Assembly (NCBI RefSeq): GCF_018977255.1
Contig: NW_024704742.1
Location: 129,024,001 to 129,088,000 of the forward strand
DNA from: Callorhinchus milii
Taxonomy: Eukaryota
Direction: 5' to 3'
Length of the DNA stretch: 64,000 nt
How positions within the stretch are numbered: position 1 is the first letter of the stretch; every line of letters starts with the position of its first letter. A program made the position numbers and the translations under genes. A model generated the notes under the pieces. That model did no database searches and was not told the DNA's origin. It was given only the letters and a program-made list of their open reading frames with translations. Positions 1-11,044 of this stretch are shown here, in pieces.

Positions 1-417
1 TCCAAAAATAAACTTTGGCTATGTTGATTTCTGGAGAACAGATCTTATGCAAAATATCAGTAGCATAGAAGTATTCCGGGTATGTTTTATACCTGAGCAA
101 AGCTGCAAAATATGTCATTTTTATTAAGATCTTTTTCTTCTAAGTGAATACTTTTCAACAATAAACCCTTATTTTTTGTGCTTTCTATATTAAGATTTAT
201 ATAATGTGTTTGAGAAGATATGTAAATATATTTTCCCCTTCTACAAGCTGTATATACTGTGTATCAAGATATTGCTAAATATTTTGTTCAAATAAACCCA
301 ATAAAAACCTGCCTGATCATCATTTCATTTAAGTGCTAGGTATACCTATATGCAAAACACAGTCAATCCACTCTACAATATATTCTGTGAGGCACTTTGA
401 GACGTCTCAATGACACG

Positions 418-636
418 ATAATAATAATAATAATAATAATCCTTGCATTTGATATAGCGCTTTTCACGTCGGGAGGACGTCCCAAAGCGCTTCACAGAAC
501 ACACTGTAAAGTGAATTGACTGTATATTTGTGGGCGAACGCGGCAGCCAATTGTGCACAGCAATGTCCCATAAACAGTCGTAGATTGAAAATGACCAATT
601 TATTATTGTTTTTGGTTTTGGAGGGATTATTATTAT
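418..636 (-). mobile_element. 5'-truncated Deu-domain SINE
   Basis: Near-identical to the 3' two-thirds of 6925-7235, with a long (ATT)n tail. Confidence 0.88.
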
Positions 637-2866
637 CTTTTTAGACAAAGTATTTTAGACAAAGTATAACTACACTTTGTCTAAAATACTCTGAATTATA
701 GCTAAAGTGAACATGTTTTGGCAATAGAGTAGGTCAGATATGGTTAACAGCTAACACTATGAAGCCATGAAAATAGTACAAAGTACACCATGTTCTAAAA
801 TCTAGTGATTGTCCCCCTTGGGGGGGAAATGGGAGTTTTGGAACTAAAATGGCTCCAAAGGTGACATATTTAGCAACAGAATGTGGGATTTGAGTTAACT
901 CTTTGTGGTGGTCTTGGTCAGCGGGTTCCTGAGCCAGACAGTTCTGGCGTACTCAGAGGACACTGCTGATGATGGACCAGCCAGTCTGGCTCATTGGTAG
1001 GACTTCAATGGACAGACCAGTCACTGGGAGCAGGAATGCTTCCCATTCAGCTCCTGTTAATCTTGCAAGCCAAAGCCCTAATCAAACTTTTTCATGAAAT
1101 GTAAATGAAAACTCTGAATGTTGGAAATCTGAAATCAAGAAGAGGAAATGCTGGATATACCCCGGTTCGATCCGATAGTGGAAAATAAAAGATTAGGTTA
1201 ACATCTTTAGTTCTAAACATGAACCTGTCGGTGTATTTCAGAAGAAACCTCACAAACCAATTCTCTTATACAACACACAAACATAGACACATAGGAATGT
1301 ACAGCAGCACTAAAGATCATTGGCAAGACTCCAATTTAGATACAACAAATAATAAGTTATTCCTTCACAATTTCATCTCCCATACTGATTTATTTGACAA
1401 ATATTTCTCTACTTTCTATTTGACCTATTGACACGGTCTGCCTCTCTGTTTCCATTCATTCGTTATTCCACATTTTCGCTCCTTGCTGGGAACACATTGA
1501 GTTATTCCTACAAGCTCATATTGTGCTGGTGATAATGGAAGGAACGGTAAGGAAAGTGCACTTAAAGCCTTTCCTTCTTTATCCTTGCAATGACAAATTT
1601 GTATCATAAAACACACAAACACATTCTCTCCCAGACTTCAGGACAATGGTTATTTCCTCAGCTTTCTCACAATCAATTTGGCCACCATGTTTTTCTTCTA
1701 TTTTATGCTAAAGATAATTATTTTAAAATTTGGGATCAGACGTCCCTTAATAATAACAACAATAATACACTTGCATTTAATATAGCACGCTTCACATTGG
1801 GAGGATAGTTCAAAGTTTCACAAGATTTTAGGGCAAAGTGTAGTGACAGTGCACAATATGTATTTTGTAGGTGAACACTGATTCCTTTCATAAGTAGAAT
1901 TGCAATCTGTCTAGATTGTTTTTCCGTTACATCTAGTGTCCATTTAATAAAATTGGAACAGGAGGAGGCCATTCAAACCATCAAACCTATTCCACTAGTT
2001 TATTCGGTGTATTACAAGTCTTCCCTGCCTATTCTCTTGTCCAGTATTGCAGCAGTTTTGTTCCTGGTTTTGTTCCTGTACAGATAAATTATTAAAAGTG
2101 GAATGAATGTCAATGCATTATTATGCATCAGAATCATAGAATTGTACAGCACAAAAAGAGGCCATTGGGCCCATCGAGTCTGTGCCGGCTCTTTGAATAG
2201 AGCAATTAATGTCAATCCCACTCTCCAGCCCTTTCCCCATAACCCTGCAAACCTGTCCTCAAATACCCGTCCACTGCGTTTTTAAAAGTAGTTATCGAAT
2301 CGGCCTCCACCACCCTTTCAGGCAATGCGTTCCAGATTCGAACAACTCGCTGCGTGAAAAAATTTCTTCTCACCTCCCCTCTGCTTCTTTTAGATACTAT
2401 TTTGAATCTGTGACTTCAAGTCATCGACACACCCACCAGTGGAAACAGCTTTTCCCTTTCTAACCTATCAAATTCCCTCATGATTTTGAAGACCTCTATT
2501 AGGTCTCCTCGTAACCTTCTCTGCTCCAATGAGAATAATCCTAACCTCTCTAACCTTTCCTCATAATCAAGGTCCCTCATTCCTGGTACCATCCTCGTAA
2601 ATCTCCTCTGCGCCCTTTCCAATGCCTCTACATCCTTCCTATAGTGTGGTGCCCAGAACTGGGTGCAGTATTCTACCTGAGGCCTCACCAGTGTTTTATA
2701 TAGGTTAATCATAACCTCCTGACTCTTGTACTCTATGCCCCTACTTATAAAGCCTAGAATCCCATTTGCCCTTTTTACAGCCTTATGTACCTGTCCTGCC
2801 ACCTTCAAGGATTCATTTACCTGCACTCCTAGGTCTCTCTGTTCTTTTACCCCCCTTAAGATTGTA

Positions 2867-5800
2867 AGGGATAATGCCATCCACCTGACCGCTCCCGGTC
2901 CCCGGGTGCGCACTATGGCTGCCGCTTTAACCCGAGCCCCCTCACCCCCTCCCTCCCTCCCCCCTCCTCTCTCCCCCCAAACCCTCCCCCTCTGCATCTC
3001 TCCCACTCTCTCCTCCTCTCTCTCCGTCCCTCTCGTCTTCTATCCCCACTTGACCCTCCCACAACCTCCCTCTGTTCCAGGCTGGGAATCCTCCGCCGGA
3101 CTCACTGTGGCACTCGGCGTTGGCTGTCCAGCAGCAGCCACACCGACTGCCCCATTCCCCACCACACTCGCCAGCCACCCCGGACACAGACCCGGGGAGT
3201 CAACCTCTCCTCCCTCATCCCCATTCCCCCCACCCCTGCCTCACAACCTGGACCCCCTCCCCTCCCACACACCCTTCTGTCAACCGCTCCCTCCACATCG
3301 GACTGCAAAATGTCCGCTCCCTCTGCAACAAGGCCCTGGTCATCAACGATCTCATCCTTGATGAGAACGTTGATATCATGGCCTTAACGGAAACCTGGCT
3401 CACCCCAGGCGACACCTTCCCCCTCACGGAGGCCACGCCACCCGGCTACACCTCCCACCACATCCCCCGCCCCAACCGCCGTGGCGGTGGTGTTGCCCTT
3501 ATCTCAAGGACACCACTTGCCCTATCCCCCTACTCCACTGGCTCTTTCCCCTCCTTTGAACATCTCACCCTCTCCCACCCCTCATTCCTCTCCCTTAAAA
3601 TCCTCCTCCTCTACCGGCCCCCTAAAACCTCCCCCACCTTCATCTCTGACATTTCAACACTTTAACCTACACTTCACCCCCTCCTGCTCCATCTCCACAG
3701 ACTTCTCTTCCCTGCTCTCCTCACTCAACCTCTCCTTACACATAAACTCCCCCACTCACAGTCACGGCCACCCACTCGATTTGGTGATCACCCGGGGCCT
3801 CAGTGTCTCGGATGTCACTATTACCGACAAGGCCATCTCTGACCACTACTTCATCTCCTTCACCACCTCCACCCCCCTCCCCACCTCCACCAGACCCACC
3901 ACCATCTTCTACCGCCCTTGGAAGAAGTTACCCCCACAATCCCTAACCGATGCCTTGGAGTCCTCTGAACTCCTCTCCCTCTGGCCTTCAACCCTCACCG
4001 ACCCCTCTTCTCCTCTCTCCCTCCTCCACAATACCCTCTCCTCCACACTCGATACTCTTGCCCCCATCACTTCCCGCACTGTCTCCTACTCCCGCTCCTC
4101 CCCCTGGTACACCACCCACCTCCGCTCACTGAAAAGCCAGGTGCGGGCTGCTGAACGCACCTGTGTCAAATCTGGCCTAACGGTCCACCGACAAATCTGG
4201 CTGGACCTCCTCAAAATTTACCGCTCCACTCTAGCCTCGGCCAAGTCGTCCTTCTACTCCAGGATAATCCTGGAGGCGAAGAACAACCCCAGGCTACTGT
4301 TTTCCACCACAACCCGACTCCTCCGTCCCCCCCGCCACCCCGCGCAGGTCATCTCCTCCAACCTTCACTGCGAGGAGATGCTGGATTTCCTTGAATCCAA
4401 GATCAAGGGAATCCGCTCCGCGGTCACTTCCCCTCCAACTTCCACCCACCCCTTCCCTCCCACACTCCGACTCCTACCCATCCTCCCCTACACACCTTCG
4501 TACCCGTTTCCCCACCCTCTGTCACTGAACTCATCCTATCCCTAAAACCAACCACCTGCTCCCTTGACCCCATCCCCACTCCACTCCTTATCTCCCAGCT
4601 CCACTTTCTTGCCCCACATATCACTGACATCATCAACCTGTCCCTCTCCTCTGGCTCTGTCCCCATTCCATTAAAAACTGCCATCATCACGCCCACCCTG
4701 AAAAAACCCTCCCTTGATGCGTCGCAGCTATCAAGCTACCGGCCCATCTCCAACCTCCCCTTTCTCTCCAAGGTCTTGGAAAGAGTTGTCGCCTCCCAAC
4801 TGCGCTCTTTCCCTTCCACCCATTCTCTTTTCGAACCCCTTCAGTCAGGTTTCCGTGCTGCCCATAGCACAGAAACTGCCCTGGTCAAGGTCACCAATGA
4901 TATCCTGACCATCTGTGACCAGGGCTCCCTCTGTCTCCTCGTCCTCCTCGACCTATCGGCAGCATTCGATACGGTCGACCACGCTATCCTACTCCACCGC
5001 TTGTCCTCCCACCTCAACCTTCAAGGCACTGTCCTTGAATGGTTTAGGTCGTACCTTTCTCACCGTCTTCACTTTGTCTCGACGAATGGCTTCTCCTCCA
5101 CCCCCCGTACTGTCTCATGTGGTGTCCCTCAGGGCTCTGTCCTCGGTCCCCTCCTCTTCACCCTCTATATGCTCCCCCTCGGTGACATCATCCGCAGACA
5201 TGGAGTTAACTTCCACATGTATGCGGATGACACCCAACTCTACCTCCTCTACTCTCAACTCCACCTCTACTCTCCTCCTCTACTCTCAACTCCACGACCA
5301 CCGATGTCCTGACAGCCTGCCTGTCCGACATCGAGTCCTGGACGAGAGACAACTTTCTTCAGCTCAACGTGCGAAAAACCGAGGCCCTCCTGATTGGCTC
5401 ACGTCAGCGCCTCCGCACCTCAGGCGCTGACACCATCAGCATCCAAGGCTGCACTCTCCACCTCTCAAAGCCAGTCAGGAACCTCGGCGTTTTGTTCGAC
5501 CCTGAGCTGTCCTTTCTCCCTCACATCCGCACCACAACTGGCACCGCCTTCCATCACCTCCGGAACATCGCCAGACTACGGCACTACCTCACCCCTCACG
5601 CTGCTGAAACCCTGGTCCACGCCTTTGTCACCTCAAGGCTGGACTATGGGAACTCTCTCCTCGCCGGCCTTCCCGCCACCTCCCTCCACAAGCTGCAGGT
5701 CATTCAGAACTCTGCAGCTCGTGTACTGTCCCGCACCAGGCTTCGGGACCACATCACTCCCACCCTCGCTCGCCTCCACTGGCTCCCCATCCCCCAGAGG

Positions 5801-6249
5801 ATTGATTTCAAGATCCTCATCCTCACCTACAAGGCCATTCACGGCCTTGCTCCCTCCTACCTCTCCAACCTACTATCCCCCTACCTACCTGCCCGTACCC
5901 TCCGTTCCTCTGGCTCTGGTCTGCTCCACGTCCATCGGTGGTCGGGCCTTCAGCCTCTCAGCCCCAGGCTCTGGAACTCCATCCCCAGTGCCTTCGCCTT
6001 GCTTCCTCCCTTTCCTCCTTCAAGGCCGGTCTCAAAACCTTTCTCTTTGACCGTGCCTTCAGCTCCCCTCTCGACTCTCTTCCCCTCCTCGCTCCCTCCC
6101 TTCCCTCCCCTCACCCTGACCATTTCCCCCCTCCTTGCTCCCTCCCTTCCCTCCCCTCACCCTGACCATTTCCCCCCTGCTCGGGTCATGACCCAACTGT
6201 GCAGCGCCTTGGGACGTCCTCCTGACGTGAAAGGCGCTTTATAAATGGA

Positions 6250-6279
<30 letters not shown>
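2867..6279 (+). mobile_element. L2 LINE, near full ORF2 (APE endonuclease plus RT), frameshifted, inserted into CR1
   Basis: [59 protein letters not shown]; (GTT)n tail. Deletion near 3660 and a small tandem duplication near 5241-5300. Confidence 0.95.
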
Positions 6280-6280
<1 letters not shown>

Positions 6281-6924
6281 ATTACGTAGTCTGTATTGCC
6301 TTCCCTCATTCTTTCTGCCAAAATGCATTACTTCGCATTTCTCTACATTGAAACTCATCTGCCATGTGTCTGCCCACTTTACCATTCTGTCTATGTCTTC
6401 CTGCAGTTGGCTCCTATCCTTCTCACTGTTTACCACCTAACCTAACTTCCGCAAACTTGGAAATGGTGCTTGCTATACCCAAGTCCAGATCATTTATGTA
6501 TATTAAGAAGAGCAGTGGTCCTAATATTGATCCCTGGGGGACACCACTGTACACTTCCCTCCAGTCAGAAAAGCAGCCGTTCACCACAACTCTGCTTTCT
6601 GTCTCCCAGCCAGTTCTGGATCCATGCTGCCACTCTCCCTTTTATACCATGGACTTCTATCTCTCTTACAAGTCTTTCATGTGGCACTTTGTCAAATGCC
6701 TTTTGAAAGTCCATATAAACTACATCAACTGCACTACCTTTATCCACCCTCTCCGTTACCTCATCGAAAAATTCCATTAGATTTGTTGGACAAGATTTGC
6801 CTTTAACAAGTTCGTGCTGGCTGTCCCTAATTAACCCATATTCTTCTAAGTGAAGATTTATTCTGTCCCGGATTATAGTCTCCAGGAGTTTCCCCACTAC
6901 TGATGTTAGGCTGACTGGCCTGTA

Positions 6925-7235
6925 ATAATAATCCTTGCATTTGATATAGCGCTTTTCACGTCGGGAGGACGTCCCAAAGCGCTTCACAGAATATACTGTA
7001 AAGTGAGTTGACTGTATATTTGTGGGCGAACGCGGCAGCCAATTGCGCACAGCAATGTCCCACAAACAGTCATAGATTGAAAATGACCAATTTAATTATT
7101 GTTTTTGGTTTTTTTGGAGGGATTATTATTAGGTGTGTGGAGTAAGGAAACTTGCCCAAGGTTTCGCCCTGCCTGGATTTGAACTCAGGTCTCTCGCTTG
7201 CAAAGCGAGTGCTCTAACCACTGAGCTACAGGACT
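6925..7235 (-). mobile_element. Full-length tRNA-derived Deu-domain SINE with L2-type tail
   Basis: Head GAGTCCTGTAGCTCAGTGG...GAGTTCAAATCC (A/B boxes), Deu-like core TGTGGGACATTGCTGTGCGCAATTGGCTGCCGCG, (ATT)n tail. TSD CCTGTA at 6919-6924 and 7236-7241. Confidence 0.92.
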
Positions 7236-7860
7236 CCTGTAGTTCCCAGGTTTGTCCTTCTGTCCCTTTTTGTACAGGGGAGTCACATTGGCCACTCTCC
7301 AGTCCTGTGGCACCACTCCTGTGTCCAACGAAGATTGAAAAATTGTAGCCAAAGCCTCCGCTATTGTACCCGTGCCTCCCATAGTAACCTTGGTTGCATT
7401 CCGTCCGGACCGGGCAACTTATCTAACTTCAACGCAGTCAACCTTTTCAGTACTTCCTCTTTGTTTATACTTATCCTATTCATTTCCTTTACCCTCTCCT
7501 CCGATACTGCAGCATTTGGTGCATCCACTTATTTTGTGAGACAGATGCAAAGTATTCATTCAGTACATCAGCCATGCCCTCTGCCTCCACAATAAGATTT
7601 CCCCCTTGGTCCTTAATTGGCCCCACCCTACCTTTGACTAGCCTTTTTTCCTTGATATGTTTGTAAAATATTTCAGAATTTCCTTTAATGTTACCCGCTA
7701 ACCTTTTTTCGTATAATCTTTTTGCCTCTCTTATTTTCTTTTTCAAACCTCTTCTGCACTTCCTATATTCGATTTGGTTGTCTTCTGTATGTTGGGTTTG
7801 ACATTTGTCATGCGCCTCCTTTTTCTGCTTCATTTTAGATACAATTACCTTCGTCATCCA

Positions 7861-8680
7861 CAGAGATTTTGAAGCCTTAATGTAAAGATCACATACTTTG
7901 TGATAGACAAGCTGAAGGTCTGTTGCTCCTTATATTTTCATATGATGATCAGTTAGATGGTTCCCCTCATATCAGTGATAGCAGAGAGACCCGGAAGTTA
8001 GACTGATCATCATTAACTGGTATCTCTGGTAAGAAGTTTAAACACAGAATTCATAGGTTCGACAATAAAGTGAGAGGTTAGGCTATTTTTGACTAACTCC
8101 AGTATCAAAGGATTTTCTTCCTCTTTGTATTAAGATCGAGCTCCACTGGCCAGTATCCATAGAACTCTGTGTGCTGTCCATTAGCTCAGTGATTTATTTG
8201 GCTTCAATCATCCTGCAGTTGAATTTCAAATTCACTTCTTCCAGCAATTAGCTCTTAGCAAGAATTGAAAAAGAACAAAGGAGAAAATAACCCATTAGCA
8301 GTCAAGTCTGCAAATGGATGTTTGAAACAGATAAATGGTATGATGCAACGAAAACGTGTATTTATACAGCACCCTTCACACGTGTAGCATCTCAGAACGA
8401 TAAATTGATCCTCCTGAAAAGTGCATTCGGAATAAAGTTGGATTTGGTCCGTACCTTGAATTTTATTGTGCTCTGTAAAAGTCACATGTCCATGCTTCTA
8501 TAGCATTTGAAATCCACTCATTTTGTAGGATCTACAAATTTTCCTTTTACATCTGCAATGGCCCATTGGACCAATTCACAGCATCAAAAGAAATGCAGTC
8601 ATGCCCAGTATCATAGTGCGGTGAGTTAGGAGTCAATGGCCACTATCCTCTGTACTCATAAACTTGTCAATCTCACCACC
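7861..8680 (-). pseudogene. RNF213-like relic, C-terminal domain
   Basis: YE/VQR/PL/LTH/YDTGHDCISFD/ELVQWAIADVKGK...CYRSMDM*LLQSTIKFK vs SYEVERDLTPLILSNCQY..EGRETVQEFDLEKIQRQI...LQGK...VYRHDW...IKNK. About 83 codons later HRVLWIL/QWSSILIQRG/NP vs HTIALWQF...SEQLLRLHKEP, the spacing expected from human. Confidence 0.65.
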
Positions 8681-10238
8681 AAGCAGAAGCGTCTCCACAA
8701 AGAGGGAGAACTACCATTAGTCTGTTCTTGTGCATCCCTTTAAGAAGCTAGCCCATGAGAAGTATTGGATGAGGTCTGAGAGAGGTGATACGGCCATATA
8801 AAAGGAAACAATATTGGGACCATACACACAAATGGTAATTTTATTTTTAGTTTAGTGAAATAAGGCATAAATGTTGCAACATTTCATAACTTATTCCTTG
8901 TGTTAATTATCACAAGAAGCACACTGGGAAGGAGCAGGTAACTGGTATTAAATAACACTAGTTATTCTTGATAGGTTGAATGTTTCCTACTAGTGTATGA
9001 TGTAATTCCAAATAATAGAGAGAAATAAAATGCCATGGAGCAAAATACTAATATTTCTAATGAATTTTCAATCGGGTCAGTGATTTAAGACAAAGAAACA
9101 AGTAATCCTAATCACTTCCAGATGGAAAATTGTTTGCCAATTCTGCTAATGTATTGATGACATATGTTCATGTTAAGTATTATTTGGATTTTCCTGAACA
9201 ACAGCCTTGAACATGATGAGAATGAAACAAATCTAAAGTTTGATTGAGTGAGAAAGAATAGGATGGAAAATCTCTTGAAACCATGAATGCATGGCTGGAG
9301 AATTGGTGTAGAAAATAGGGCTTCAGGTTCCTGAATCATTGGGACAAGTTCTGGGGCAGGTGGGACCTGTACAAGGTGGATGGGTTACACCTGAATAGGG
9401 CTAGGACCAATGTCCTCGCAGGGAGGTTAACTAGTGCTGAGGGGAAGAGTTTAAACCAATTTCGAGGGGGGAAGGGAATCATGACGTAGCACTAGAGAGG
9501 ATAAACAAGTTACATAGAGGGCTGCGAGAGACGAATAGCAATGTAATCAGAAGTAGTCCAGAAAAAGGAGGGATTAGACGTGGGAGAAATGCAGAACAGA
9601 CTAAGTCGGTCTTGGAGTGCATGTGCGTAAATGCATGAAGTGTGACAAATTGGTGAGCTGCAGGCTCAAGTTGCCACATGTACTTATGATGTAGTGGCAA
9701 TAACGAAGACTTGGGTAATAAAAGAGCAGGAGTAGGAACTTAATATTCTTAACTACAATGTATTCAGGAGGGATAGGGAAGAAAGGAAAGGAGGGGTTTG
9801 GCAATATTGATTAAATACGCGGTTACGGCCCTGGAAAGGGACGATGTGCTCAAGGGTTCAAAAACAGAATCTATTTGATTAGAGTTAAGGAGCACAAAAG
9901 GAGCTGTTACGCTGTTAGGTGTGTACTATAGACCACTATTAGTGGGAAGGAGATAGATGAGCAAATCTGCAAACAGATTTCAGAAAGATGCAAAACCAAT
10001 AGAGTAGTAATAATGGTGGACTTCAATTATCCTAATATAGACTGGCAAAATAATAATGTAAAGGGCAAGGAGGGGGAAGGATTCCTGAAATGTGTGCAGG
10101 ATAACTTTCTGGATCAGTATGTTTTCCGTCCAATGTGAAAGGAAGCAGTGCTGGAACTAGTACTGGGGAATGAAGTCAGCCAAGTGGGGCAGGTATCAGT
10201 AGGAGAGAATCTGGACAACAGAGATCACAACATCATTA

Positions 10239-10496
10239 CAGCAACAACAAAATTACATTTGTATAGCGCCTTTTAAGTCGGGAGAACGTCCCAAGGTGCT
10301 GGACAATCAATGCTTCAGACCCAAGCTGGGGGTCAGAATTGAGAAGGGCAGGGGGGGAGGAATGTGACCCAAGTTACGGTCGAAGAGGAGAGTCTTGAAA
10401 TGGGTCTTGAAGGAGGCAAGAGAGGGGGCGAGGCAGAGCAACTGCGGGATGGAGTTCCAGAGGGCGGGGGCAGAGTGGCAGAAGACCTGCCCATCA
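10239..10496 (-). mobile_element. L2 3' fragment inserted in the CR1 endonuclease region
   Basis: AP.LWNSIP...FKTHFKTLLF peptide and L2 tail. Flanked by ATTA at 10235-10238 and 10497-10500, and the CR1 sequence resumes. Confidence 0.8.
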
Positions 10497-10739
10497 ATTA
10501 GGTTAGAGTGCTTATGGTAAGGGAGAAGGAACAATCAAAGGTGAAGATACTCAACTGGAGGAGAGCTAATTTCGGTAAGTTAAAACGGGACCCAGCCAAG
10601 GTGGACTGGAAAGAAAGACTGGCTGATAAAACAGCTAACGGGCAATTACGGAGGAGATAGTCCAGGGCATCCACACCTCCCTGCATGCCTAGAGAATTGG
10701 GAATAAAATAAAACAGAAAAAGGAGGCTTATGATAAATG

Positions 10740-11044
10740 AGAGTCCTGTAGCTCAGTGGTTAGAGCGCTCGCCTTGCAAGCAAGAGACCTGGGTTCAATT
10801 CCAGGCAGAGCGAAACTTTGGGCAAGTTTCATTACTCCACACTCCTGATAATAATCCCTCCAAAACAAAACAATAATAAATTGGTCATTTTCAATCCACA
10901 ACTGTTTGTGGGACACTGCTGTGAGCAATTGGCTGCCGTGTTTTGCCCACAAATATACAGTCAATTCACTTTACAGCATGTTCTGTGAAGACTTTGAAAC
11001 GTCTAGAAGACGTGAAAAGTGCTATATCAAATGCAAGGATTATT
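10740..11044 (+). mobile_element. Full-length Deu-domain tRNA SINE inserted in CR1
   Basis: Same family as 6925-7235. 7-bp TSD ATAAATG at 10733-10739 and 11045-11051. Confidence 0.92.

Larger units (their letters stand above)
2131..7860 (-). mobile_element. CR1 LINE (5'-truncated ORF2, RT and C-terminus), host of nested L2 and SINE insertions
   Basis: ATTCTATG-type 3' tail at ~2131. ORF2 peptides YRPVSLTSVVGKLLE, VDVVYMDFQKAFDKVPH, LYKTLVRPQVEYCTQFWAPHY, LEQRRLRGDLIEVFKI. The frame rejoins across 2866/6280 and 6924/7236. Confidence 0.93.

Noticed and set aside
1420..2130. Possible extreme C-terminus or extension of the RNF213-like fossil
   Set aside because: The sequence looks coding-like (LLIIYLYRNK; EEKHGGQIDCEKAEEI) but the similarity is too weak to call.
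2726..6244. Several 170-350 aa ORFs as possible host genes
   Set aside because: They are frameshifted pieces of L2 ORF2 or its alternative frames.
7160..7235. tRNA-like sequences (also 10741, 19230-19300, 61318)
   Set aside because: These are SINE heads continuous with the Deu core and tail, not standalone tRNA genes.
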